Positions 51,476 through 62,992 of a DNA stretch of 64,000 nt are shown in pieces. Position 1 is the stretch's first letter; each line of letters starts with the position of its first letter. Position numbers and translations under genes: made by a program. The notes under the pieces are model-generated. The model made no database searches. It saw only the letters and a program-made list of their open reading frames with translations, and was not told the origin of the DNA. The DNA is from Octopus sinensis (lineage: Eukaryota). The stretch spans positions 48,236,001 through 48,300,000 of the forward strand of contig NC_043001.1 in the NCBI RefSeq assembly GCF_006345805.1, written 5' to 3'.

Positions 51476-54459
51476 TTCAGCTAATATTTCTTTCTCTCTG
51501 CGAAGATAGGTAACAGTTATTTTTGTTTTTGTTTTGTTCACGTCTTGTATTTTTTTGTTACAGGATTCATTTATTTTTTTACAAGACTCTTTTTCAGTAT
51601 GTAATAAAAGTTATTGAATGAAAGTTTAATAGGTGCAAAAGATCTTTACATCTTGTATTCTTGCATTCGTAATCAATTTAATCGCTATGTGTCGACTAAA
51701 ATTATTGGTTTTTGTTTCATTACGTTCATTCTAATACATTTCTCTTCAGTTATTAACACCTCAAAAAAAAAACCCTTAACAACAACAAAAGCAACAGTCT
51801 TATCAGAAACAGCAACAACTAACTTCCTGGAATTTCATTTTTGCACGGAAGGACAATAATGAATTAATAAAGTTTGTACGCAAACACAAACATAACCGAT
51901 GGTGAGCAAATATACGAATTCTCCTGAAGAGCAAAATAAACAGGTGACGCATACAAAACTACACTGGAAGTCCACTTAGAACTCCTGAAAACTTTTCCGT
52001 CGTCAAGTGGGAGGTTTTATGATGAAATTGTGTTTATAGAATGTGGAAGGACACTTTATCCATCTTCACTGCTAAAAATCGAAACACTATAGATAACCAA
52101 CGCCTAGGAACATTTTATACCATATTTTTTCAGGTCAATTAATGGGAATTACAAAAGAAATGTGTAAATGCAAGCGGTTTGAATTGGAGTTTGGACATCA
52201 AACCTGTTCAACAATCTCAATTCATAAAATTTTGGCGTCGTTGATCTCACTCATAAACTTTGGACGATGTATCATTCAAATAGACCTGACCTTGAATCAT
52301 AAAATTTTGACGTCGTAGTCATCAAACACACCAGATTTCCTTTCATAAAATGTTGACTTCGTACACATCAAACATACCTGATCTCAATTCATAAAGCTTT
52401 GACGTTGTAGCCATCAAACACAGCAGATCTCAATTGTTGAAATTTTGACGTCGTAGCATTCACGAGACCCGATATCAATTCATAAAATTTTGACGTCGTA
52501 GCCCATCAAACAGACCAGATCTTCATTCATAAATTTAGACATCACAGCCATCTGACAGGCCATGTCTCAATTCATAAAATTTTGACGTCGTAGCAATCAA
52601 ACAAACCTGATCTCAATTTATAAAGTTCTGACATCGTAGCATTCAAAGAGATCAGTTCGTAATTCATAAAACTTTAACGTCGTAGTCATCAAACACACCA
52701 GATATCAATTCTTGAAATTTTGACGTCGTAGCATTCAAACAGACCTGATAGCAATCAATCATACCAGATTTCAATTCAAAAAAATTGGCGGTGAAGACAT
52801 CAAACATAGCTGATTTTAGTTCATAAAATTTTCATGTCGTATCCATCAAACAGTAGATCTCAATTCATAACATTTTGACGCGGTAGCCATCAAGCAGACC
52901 TCATAACATTCCATAAAATTATGACATCATCCATCACACACACCCGATCTTATTTCATACAATTTAGACGACGTAGCAATTAAACAGACCAGACCACAAT
53001 TTATAAAATTTTCACGTCGTAGCCATGAAACAGACCAGATATCAATTCATATAATTTTGACGTCGTAGAAAATATGGAAACCTGAACTCGATGCATAAAA
53101 TTTTAAGACCGTAGCCTTCAAACTGACCTGGGATCAAAAGGAGTAGCTCTCCATTCATAAAATTTTGAAGCCGTAGCCATCAAACAGAGTAGATCTCAAT
53201 GCATAAAATGTTGACATTGTAGCCATCACAGAGACCAGACATCGTAGCTAACAAATAATCTCGAGGTTGTAGCCATCAAACAGACCTGAACTCAAATCAT
53301 AAAATTTTGACGTCGTAACCATCAAAAAAGACCAGATTTCAATTCACATAATTATGATATTGTAGCCATCAAACAGACCTGACCTCAATGCATTACATTT
53401 TGAGGCCGTAGCCTTCAAACTAACCTGATCTCAATTTGTAAAATTCTGACGTCATCCATTAAGCTTGCCTGTTCTCACTTCATAAAATTTTGACGTAGTA
53501 GCCATCGAATAGACATGATCTCAATTCATAAAATTTGACGTTGCAGCCATCAAAAAGACCAGAACTCGAATCATAAAATTTGACGTCGTAGCCATTAAAC
53601 AGACCTGATCTTAATGCATTAAATTTTGAAGCCATATACTTCAATGTAATCTGATCTCGATTCATAGTATTCTGACGTCATCCAAAAAAGTCGCCTGATC
53701 TCAATTATGAAAGATCATAATTCATAAGTTGGATGTTGTAGCATTCAAACAGACCAGATCTCAAAACCTGAAATTCGAACGTCGTCGCATTCGAACAGAC
53801 CAGATCTTAATTCATAAAAGTTTGACGTCATATCATCCTCTGTCTTCTTCATAATTCATAATTCATAATAAAGGTATCGTCCAATGAGGTCAGCTTGCGA
53901 TATACGGATGTCCTGAATCTATACTTGGTGCTTGTTAGTAATACGTCCAGGAATGCCAGCTGATTGTCTTTTTCCTTTTCCATCCATACAGTTCACAATT
54001 TAAAAGGAAAAAGGCAATCAGCTGGCATTCCTGGACGTATTAATAAGAAGCACCAAGTATAGATTCAGGACATCCGTATATCGCAAGCCGACCTTCACTT
54101 GACGATACCTCAACTTCAATTTCCACCATCCATACAGTGTAAAGAGAGAGATTGCTCAGTGCCTAAAACATCGTGCAAAGAATATAAGTAGCGATCGTGA
54201 TACACACCACGAAGAAATGATCAAACTCAATAATGATCTGTTAAGCAACAACTACCCCAAAAGTATACTATCCACTCCAATTACGAAGAAGAGAGATGAC
54301 GAGGCCAATAAATTGTCTACAGTCTACCTACCCTATGTGTAAGGCCTCTCCGAAAAGATACAAAAGATATGCGGCCTTTATGGCATCAGGACAGTATTCA
54401 AGAGTAATACAACACTTCGCAAATATCTCCTTCGAGTAAAACCACCAATAGAAGAGAAT

Positions 54460-54804
54460 ATGACCAAAGACTACGTGTATTCCATTCCATGCAGCTGGGG
54501 TAGGTTATACAAAGGTGAAACATACCGCCCACTCAAGATAAGGGTAGAGGAACATCGCAAAGTAGTGACACAAGGAGATATTGATAAATCGGGTATAGCT
54601 GATCATGTATGGAAAAATGGAGACCACCTCCCTCTCTGGGATGAAGTTAAAATAATAGACAGAGAATACCACTGGAAAATACGAAAACTAAAAGAAGCAG
54701 CACATATGCCAGGACACAACAATCTCCTGAGCAAACTGAGTGCAGATATGAGTAGTATATGGGAACCGGTATTAAGGAAGGATAGAAACATATTAGATTT
54801 ATAA
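54460..54804 (+). CDS. PLE GIY-YIG endonuclease domain (pseudogenised ORF remnant)
   Basis: ORF track; motif VYSIPC...Y.GET.R.L..R..EH. Confidence 0.8.
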   Translation: MTKDYVYSIPCSWGRLYKGETYRPLKIRVEEHRKVVTQGDIDKSGIADHVWKNGDHLPLWDEVKIIDREYHWKIRKLKEAAHMPGHNNLLSKLSADMSSIWEPVLRKDRNILDL

Positions 54805-54833
54805 GCCCTAAAATTCATTCCATAATTGCTCGC

Positions 54834-54907
54834 GGGCATATGACGTAGTGGTTAAGAGCGTGGGCTACTAGCCCCAAGATTCCGAGTTCGATTCCAAGCA
54901 GTGACCT
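54834..54907 (+). promoter_or_regulatory. tRNA-like segment with Pol III A and B boxes within the PLE 3' region
   Basis: A box TGACGTAGTGG (54841-54851), B box GAGTTCGATTCC (54884-54895), anticodon-like loop CT-ACT-AG; poor T and acceptor stems, so not a functional tRNA. Confidence 0.7.
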
Positions 54908-54989
54908 GAATAATACTAATAATAATAGCAATAATAATGACATTGAAAAATACCTTAAGAATGAGAACTCAGGTTCAAAATTTCCCCAA

Positions 54990-55035
54990 GACACCTGATG
55001 AAGGCTGGAGGGTATATCAGCCGAAACGTTGTGTT
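54990..55035 (+). ncRNA. Minimal type I hammerhead ribozyme motif
   Basis: GACAC-CTGATGA-A-GGCTG(GAGGGTATAT)CAGCC-GAAA-CG-TT-GTGTT: 5-bp stem I, 5-bp stem II, palindromic stem III AACGTT. Confidence 0.75.
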
Positions 55036-57340
55036 AACAGCAAACAAGATGAAGACAAATATCCGTCAAATGTAAATAATGTACTCAATTCATAAAATTT
55101 TAACTTCGTAGCAATCAAACGGACATAATCTCAATGCATTAAATTTTGAAGCCGTAGCCTTCAATCTAGCCTAATCTCAATTCATAAAATTCTGATGTCA
55201 TCCATCAAAGTCGCTTGTTTTCACTTCATAATATTCTGACGTCGTAGCCATCGAATAGACTTGATCTCAAGTCATAACAATTTGACGTTGTAGCCATGAA
55301 ACAGATCAGACCTCAAATTCATAAAATTTTGGCCTCGTAGCTATAAAACTGTCCTGATCTCAAGGCATAAAATTTTGACGTCGCATCATTCAAATAGACC
55401 AGATTTCAATTCATAAAGTTTCGGAATTTTAGCATTCAAACAGACCTGATCTCAATGCATAAAATTTCAACATCGTATCATTCAGACATGATCTTCTTCA
55501 TAAAGTTTGACGCCGTAGCATTCAGCAGTCCAATTCTTAATTCATAAAACTGTGCTGTCGTAGCATTCAAACAGACCTGATGTCAATTCATAATATTCTG
55601 ACATCGCAGCCATCAAACAGACCAGATTTCAATTCACAAAATTTTGAGGCCGTAAACATCAAATATAGCTGGTTTTAGTTCATAAAAGTTTGATGTCGTA
55701 GCCAAGAAACAAATTAGATATCAATTTATACAATTTTGACGTTGTAGCCATCACATTTCATAAAATCTTTACATCATCTATAACATACATGATATTCTAT
55801 AAACTTTTGTCGACGTAACAATCAAACAGATCAGATTTCAATTCATACAAAGGGAACTGATCAGATTTCAATTCATCAAAGGGAACTGATCTCAATACAT
55901 AAAATGTTGACGTCACAGCCATCCAGCAGACCAGTTCTCAATTCATATAATTGTGATGTAGCCATTATGCAGAGCTGATCTCGTGACATAAAATTTTGAA
56001 ACCGTAGCCTTCAAACTGACCTGATCTCAATTCATAAAATTTTGAAGCCGTAGCCGTCAAACAGAGTAGATCTCAATTCATCAAATTTTCACGTTGTAGC
56101 TATCAAACAGACCATATCTGAACGCATAAACATTTGATATCGTTGCCATCAAACAGACCAGATTTAAATTCATAAAATTGTTGAGTTTGTAGCCATATAA
56201 CAGCCATAAAAGTTTGATCTCGTTACCATCAAACAAACCAAATATTAATTAATATAATTTTGACTTCGTAGCAATCAAACGGACCTGATCTCAATGCATT
56301 AAATTTTGAAGCCGTAGCCTTCAATCTGTCCTGATGTAAATTCATAAAATTCTGATGTCATCCATCAAAGACTACTGTTCTCACTTTATAATATTCTGAC
56401 ATCGTAGCCATGGAATAGACTTGATCTCAATTCATAACAATTGGACGTTGCAGCCATCAAACATAAATTCATAAAATTTTGGCCTCGTAGCTATCAAACA
56501 TACCTGATCTTAATACATAAAATTTTGAAGTTGTAGCATTTAAACAGACCAGATTTCAATTCATAAAGATTTGGCATTGTAGTATTCAAACAGTAGATCT
56601 CAATTCATAAAATTTGACCTCGTATCATTCAAACAGACCAGATGTCAATGCTTAAAATTTTAACGTCGTATCATTCAAACAGACCAGATGGCAATTCATA
56701 AAATTTTGACGTTGTATCATGCAAACACCGACATATCTCAATACAAAACATTTTGGTGTCATACCATTGAAACAGACCATATCTTCATTCAGAAAATGTT
56801 CAAATATTATTATTCAAATAGATCAGATCTCAATTCACAAAGTTTTCACGTCGGAGCCATCAATCAGACCTGACCTGAATTCACATAATTTTGACGTCGA
56901 CGCCATCAAACAGAGCAGATCTCTATTCATAAAAGTTTGATCTCGTATCATTCAAACAGACCAGATTTTAATTCATAAAATTTTGACGTCGTAGCCTTGA
57001 AACAGACCAGATCGTAATTTATAAAACTTTGACGCCGTAGCATTCAAACATACCAGGTCTTAATTCAAACAATTTTGACAGCGTATCATTTAAACAGACC
57101 CGATCTCAATAATAAAGTTTTGTGTCATACCATTCAAACAGACCATATCTTCATTCATAAAATTTTGACGTTGTAGCCATCAAAGAAACCTGACCTTAAT
57201 TCACATAATTTTGACGGCATTGCCACCAAAAAAAAAACAGATCTCAATTCACAAAATTTTGACGTCGTTACCATGAAACACCAGACCTTAATTCGTAAAA
57301 ATTTGATATCATAGCCATAAAACACACCAGATCTTAATTT

Positions 57341-58399
57341 ATAAAATTTTGACGATCTCGCAATTTCACCTGCCTAGACTAGTAATTATTCTTATCGACT
57401 CTGGAAGTGAAGAGGCTACAGTTTAATTTGGAGTGTTTTGAACTCAGAACGCAAGTCACTCGAATATATTCCGCAAGTAATTTCGTCCAATGCTCTAACG
57501 ACTCTGCTAATTTGCCCAATGCTTTAACAACCCTGCTAATTTCCCCTCTTAATTAAACAAATATCATTTATGGGTCACTTAATAAATGGTAATGCATGAC
57601 TTGTACTCAATTGCAATTGAATTTATATAACGACATTACAATGTATGGGAAAAGCAATACTAATCACGATTGATTATAAATAAATTCACTAAAAAAAATC
57701 CAGCAAAAAACAAACCATTTGACAGAACATTTCTTATACCCTTTTTCTGTGATATTTTCCCCACAATTTATTACTGTAATTTGTTTCCTTCAAAGAGACC
57801 ATCAAACAGACCAGACCTAAATACAGAAAATTTCGATGTCTCAGCCATCAAGCAGACCTCATATCAATTATAAAATTTTGACGATCTCGCAATTTCACCT
57901 GCCTAGACTAGTAATTATTCTTATCGACTCTGGAAGTGAAGAGGCTACAGTTTAATTTGGAGTGTTTTGAACTCAGAACGCAAGTCACTCGAATATATTC
58001 CGCAAGTAATTTCGTCCAATGCTCTAACGACTCTGCTAATTTGCCCAATGCTTTAACAACCCTGCTAATTTCCCCTCTTAATTAAACAAATATCATTTAT
58101 GGGTCACTTAATAAATGGTAATGCATGACTTGTACTCAATTGCAATTGAATTTATATAACGACATTACAATGTATGGGAAAAGCAATACTAATCACGATT
58201 GATTATAAATAAATTCACTAAAAAAAATCCAGCAAAAAACAAACCATTTGACAGAACATTTCTTATACCCTTTTTCTGTGATATTTTCCCCACAATTTAT
58301 TACTGTAATTTGTTTCCTTCAAAGAGACCATCAAACAGACCAGACCTAAATACAGAAAATTTCGATGTCTCAGCCATCAAGCAGACCTCATATCAATTA
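57341..58399. repeat. Apparently identical 529-bp tandem duplication (SINE fragment, unique AT-rich DNA and satellite units)
   Basis: GACGATCTCGCAATTTCACC at 57351 and 57880; identical ORFs at 57670 and 58199. Confidence 0.95.
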
Positions 58400-58540
58400 A
58401 TAAAATTTTGACGTCGTTGCTATCAAATAGACCACACCTCAAATCATAAAATGTTGATGTGGTAGCCATCAAACAAACTGCATCTTAATCCATGATATTT
58501 TGACGTCGTAGCCATTAAACATGATTAGTATTGCATTTCT

Positions 58541-58810
58541 CATACGTTGTAATGCCGTTGTATAAATTCATTTGTAATTGAATGCAAGTCCTGCATTACC
58601 ATTTATTAAGCGACTCATTTGTTTAATTAAGTGGGAGAATTAGCTGGGTAGTTAAAGCATTAGGCAAATTAGCAGAGTTGTTAGAGGATTGGACGAAATT
58701 ACTTGCGGAACATATTCTAGTGTCTTGCGTTCTGAGTTCAAATCCCTCCGAATTAAACTGTACCTTCTTCACTTTCAAAGTCGATAAAAATAAATGCTAG
58801 TTTAGGCAGG
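58541..58810 (-). repeat. Inverted, diverged copy of 57898-58176
   Basis: The reverse complement aligns by eye at roughly 80-85%. Confidence 0.85.
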
Positions 58811-59340
58811 TCAACAAGTGAGAAGAATTTCTGTTCTACTCCTTTGCATTCTGAGTTCAATTTATGATATACCTACTGTATTGGTCACCTAGTTTAAGAA
58901 TACAACGTTGTCTTTGGCAACCATTAGCAAAGTCTACTTGGTAACAAGAGTTTACCAGATCATCGATTTGGGGATACATTCCTAACTCTCTCCCATCAGT
59001 CTCGGAAACTCTTCAAAGGTTCAGAGATATAGTTGTTCCATTCTGATAAAAAAAGTAACCAGTATTTATGCTATTTCACTAAAATGTGTATGTTGTAATA
59101 GTTGCACGAAAGCAGTGATGCGAACAAACATATAGATCAGTTCAAATATATCTGAGACATATTTGACCTGTAGAAATATCGTATTCACTAGTAAATGACT
59201 GTGGACAACCTTTATTGCTTTAAGTAATAGGTATTGAAAAACACCAACAGTCATTTCAATGCGACTTCCTTCGGCAGAAAGGTAAACGCATTTCTATCTT
59301 CTTGACAATTATTAACACAGAGTACTATAAGAGAGAGAAC

Positions 59341-59570
59341 CTTTTACCGTTTACTTCATTCAGTCATTATACTGTCACCATGCTGGGATACCGCCTTGAA
59401 GGGTTTTTAGTCGAACCATTCAACTCCACTTTTTGTTTAAGCCTGGTACTTATTCTATCGGTGTTTTTCGCTGAAACGCTTGGTCATGGGGACGTAAATA
59501 CACTAACACCAGTTTTCAGGCGGTATGTGTGTGTGTGAGGGGGGGCAAACAAGGGCACAAATACACACAT
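59341..59570 (-). mobile_element. 3' half of a SINE whose 5' half is at 63488-63640
   Basis: Reverse complement TTTACGTCCCC...CCGATAGAATAAGTACCAGG...CCCAGCATGG matches the post-microsatellite half of 49757-50050. Confidence 0.75.
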
Positions 59571-59583
59571 ATACATATATGTA

Positions 59584-59624
<41 letters not shown>

Positions 59625-59633
59625 CTGTGTATG

Positions 59634-59669
<36 letters not shown>

Positions 59670-59904
59670 ATATATTATATATATTATATATATATATTAT
59701 AAATAAAAATAAAAGCAAAAAAACCTACGACTCATATAGAAATAACCACTCATATAAAAATAACCACAACCACAGTCACCTACAGTTCCCTAGACAGGAA
59801 ACCTCTTCTTCCTCTTTTTTAGCTATAATGAATCTAGCAAAAGAACTGGAAAAAAACATCCGAGCTATCACCCACCACCATCCACCACTATTACCCCACT
59901 GCAC

Positions 59905-60567
59905 ATGCCATTAAAAAGCAATCAAATAAACAAATCACCAAAACAATTAAAACCATCCACTCTCGCCTCAACATTTTTGCTTAATGCCCAAGGCATCAGC
60001 CCTTCCACCAATACACAAAAATGGAAGATAAGATTCCTGGAGGACTGGGTCGAGGCCCATCCAAACCACATCCCTTTCTTCGTCCTCACTGAAACCCATC
60101 TTAGTAACCTTCACTTGGAAGCCGAGGTGAAAGTTAAAAAATTCAAAACCATTCGTGCTGATCGTGCTGGCAGAAGAAAGGGTGGGACTGCCATTTATGT
60201 TCATGATTCATTCTCAACAGAAGCCATGAACATATTTTCCAATGGATACTGCGAAGCAGTCGCTGTATTCAGTCAAACCAACAACTTAACAGTAGTTGGG
60301 CTCTACAGACCACCCCAAACGCCCCTACCATGCTTCAAGGAATGCCTCAATAACATAAAGTGTTTCATTCAGCAGTGTCAACCTGACACTTTAATGATGG
60401 GAGACTTCAACCTTCCCGGGGTTGACTGGTCTACAAACAGTCTGCCGCCAGGTTCTTCTCTCTCAACCCCTGACAGGGAGGCAGTGGTATCGCTTCTTGA
60501 CTTCATGGATGATTTCTTCCTGTCCCAACTGCTACGCGAACCAACGAGATGTCATAAAACGTCTTAG
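59905..60567 (+). CDS. LINE ORF2 apurinic-like endonuclease domain (frameshifted at ~60557)
   Basis: ORF track plus APE motifs. Confidence 0.85.
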   Translation: MPLKSNQINKSPKQLKPSTLASTFLLNAQGISPSTNTQKWKIRFLEDWVEAHPNHIPFFVLTETHLSNLHLEAEVKVKKFKTIRADRAGRRKGGTAIYVHDSFSTEAMNIFSNGYCEAVAVFSQTNNLTVVGLYRPPQTPLPCFKECLNNIKCFIQQCQPDTLMMGDFNLPGVDWSTNSLPPGSSLSTPDREAVVSLLDFMDDFFLSQLLREPTRCHKTS

Positions 60568-61595
60568 ACTTAATTTTCAGCAATCACACTGATACTATCC
60601 ACAATATTGCAGTGGAGAAAACCCTACTCTCCGATCATGACATGGTTCTCTGTGATCTGAGATGTCACTGGCCAAAATGCAAAACAAACGTCATCCCTCC
60701 TGTTCATCCATTTGACACTATGGATTTCCACAATGCAAACTGGGAAGCGATCAATAATGATCTCGCACAAGTCGATTGGTCCTTCACGCACACATACACA
60801 CCCACTAACATCAAAAAGTCCTGGCAGTCATTTGTAGACACCATTACGAACATATGTGCAAAACACACCCCATTAAGATCTGCAAACAAATCTAAGTGTC
60901 GAATCCCTAGAAATAGAAAATCTCTCATCAGGAAAATTAAAAGAATTAACAAAAAAATCAACAAGCTGAAATACTGTCAACAGCAACACACCAACCTGAC
61001 TGCCATCTGGTCGCTAGAGATTAAAAAACATAAACTCCAAAACAACATGATGTCTATCATCAATAGTCAGCGAAGAGCTGAAGAGGCCTGGGCCATTGAG
61101 AAGATCAAACTCAATCCCAAAGTGTTCTTTTCATTTGCAAAAAAAACACAGTCACTGGTTCTACTGTTGGCCCTCTGATTGATGAAAATGGTACTCTTCA
61201 AGACAATGCCAAAACCATGGGAGAGATATTGCAAAAACAATATTGCTCTGTTTTCAGCAATCCTGATATGACTGATCTGGGCTGTATCAGTGATGTTACT
61301 CCCCAATACACTTTATCGAACATAACCTTTGGCGCTCCTGATGTCTTAGCAGCAATAAAGGAAATGAAGCATAATTCAGCAGTAGGTCCCGATAGGTTCC
61401 CTGATTGTGTCTTGAAGATGTGTCAAAACCAACTTGCACCCCCTCTAGCCAATCTGTGGCGGAACTCACTGGATGCTGGATATATACCAGACCTTCTATC
61501 CCAGTCTGTTGTCCCAGTTTTCAAAAAAGGAAACAAATCGCTTGCCGTGAATTACCGTCTCACTCACCTCTCATATCATTAAGGTATTTGAGAGA

Positions 61596-62909
61596 GTGCT
61601 GAGATCGCATATGACTCACTTCCTTGAGAGTCATAATATGTTGAACTCCAACCAGCATGGATTCCGTAATGGGAGAGATTGCCTGACGCAGCTACTGCAT
61701 CATTTTGATGACATTTTGAGAGCCTTGGGAGAGGGTTCCAACACTGATGTCATCTACCTTGATTTCAGCAAGGCCTTTGACAGAGTTGATCATAAGATCC
61801 TTCTGAGAAAGCTGTCCAATATTGGTGTCACTGGAAAGCTGCTGCAGTGGATCAAGTGCTTCCTGTCTAACAGAACCCAACATGTTGTAGTCGAAGGAGT
61901 CAAATCCAGCCCAGCCAAAGTCAGCAGTGGTGTCCCACAAGGCACTGTGTTGGGCCCACTTCTCTTCATCATCTACATAAATGATATTACTGACACCATC
62001 AAACACAGTAACATCAGAACCTTCGCTGATGATTCCAAGCTCCAGAAGGTCATCAATGGCGTGGATGACCGAATAAGCCTTCAGTCAGACCTACTGGCTG
62101 TTGTCCAATGGGCGGAAAAGAATAACATGTTGCTAAATGAAGACAAATTCGAACTGATCCACTTTGGAAGGGAGGACGCTCTGAAACTCCCATACTCTCT
62201 TCCTTCTGGAGAAATTCTCATGGCATCCAACAACATCAGAGACTTGGGAGTAACAGTGGACAACAACATAAGCTGGGCTACACATATAAGCAGCAAAGTT
62301 GACATGGCCCGCAGAATGTGTTCCTGGATTCTCAGAACCTTCCAGTCGAGAGATTCCCACACTATTATCCTTCTCTTCTCCACTTTTACCGGACCCCACC
62401 TTGAATACTGCTGTCCACTATGGTCTGCCTACACAAAACAAAATATTATGAGAATTGAAGCTCCCCAAAGGTCAATCACAAAAAAGATAGATGGCATGTC
62501 AGACCTTGACTACTGGGGTAGACTAGAGAAGCTGAAACTGTATTCACTACAACGACGCCGTGAACGCTACATTATCTGTATGATGTGGAAAATATTCCAT
62601 CAGCACTGTCCGAATGATGTTGGCATCACCTTCAAAATACATCCAAGGCTTGGACCACGTGCCATCCGCCCACAACAAAAATCTAAATCGCATCACATAA
62701 CGACAATACGGCACAACTATTTCACCTCAATTGGACCCGCTCTCTTCAACATTACACCAGGACACGTCAAAAAAGAAACTGACCACACAAAATTCAAGAA
62801 GTCTTTGGACAAATTCCTTCAAACAGTCCCGGACAAACCACCCACACCCGGATATGGCTCCGCAAACAATAACTCTCTGCTCGAATGGGCCTTGGTGCCC
62901 AAATCCTGA
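61596..62909 (+). CDS. LINE ORF2 reverse transcriptase and C-terminal region
   Basis: 437-aa open frame with the RT catalytic FADD motif. Confidence 0.9.
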   Translation: MLRSHMTHFLESHNMLNSNQHGFRNGRDCLTQLLHHFDDILRALGEGSNTDVIYLDFSKAFDRVDHKILLRKLSNIGVTGKLLQWIKCFLSNRTQHVVVEGVKSSPAKVSSGVPQGTVLGPLLFIIYINDITDTIKHSNIRTFADDSKLQKVINGVDDRISLQSDLLAVVQWAEKNNMLLNEDKFELIHFGREDALKLPYSLPSGEILMASNNIRDLGVTVDNNISWATHISSKVDMARRMCSWILRTFQSRDSHTIILLFSTFTGPHLEYCCPLWSAYTKQNIMRIEAPQRSITKKIDGMSDLDYWGRLEKLKLYSLQRRRERYIICMMWKIFHQHCPNDVGITFKIHPRLGPRAIRPQQKSKSHHITTIRHNYFTSIGPALFNITPGHVKKETDHTKFKKSLDKFLQTVPDKPPTPGYGSANNNSLLEWALVPKS

Positions 62910-62992
62910 ATTGAAGTACTTCGCCAGGTGGTGCTATTAAGTTAGACATGACGTGGGCCAATACTGGCCAAAACCTTTCTAAGTTATTCTAA

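Larger units (their letters stand above)
53872..55083 (+). mobile_element. 5'-truncated Penelope/Poseidon-like PLE with 5' inverted duplication, inserted in the satellite
   Basis: Inverted arms 53872-53979/54002-54110; RT end LAFLDV..YRKPT..RYLNF..HP..VK..RA...NNYP; GIY-YIG ORF 54460-54804 (YVYSIPCSWGRLYKGET..RVEEHR...SGIADHVW); 3' tRNA-like segment and hammerhead. Confidence 0.9.
52190..58520. repeat. ~46-bp satellite array (consensus ~TTCATAAAATTTTGACGTCGTAGCCATCAAACAGACCAGATCTCAA)
   Basis: On the order of 100 diverged units, interrupted by a PLE (53872-55083) and a 529-bp duplication (57341-58399). Confidence 0.95.

Noticed and set aside
54834-54907. Functional tRNA-Ser(ACT) gene
   Set aside because: T and acceptor stems do not pair properly and it sits inside a retroelement; treated as a tRNA-derived promoter.
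52190-58520. Regular ~46-bp periodicity as a CRISPR array
   Set aside because: Units are head-to-tail and diverge along their whole length, with no unique spacers.
58860-59260. Unique sequence with short open frames as a host exon
   Set aside because: Splice signals are weak and the peptides are not recognisable.
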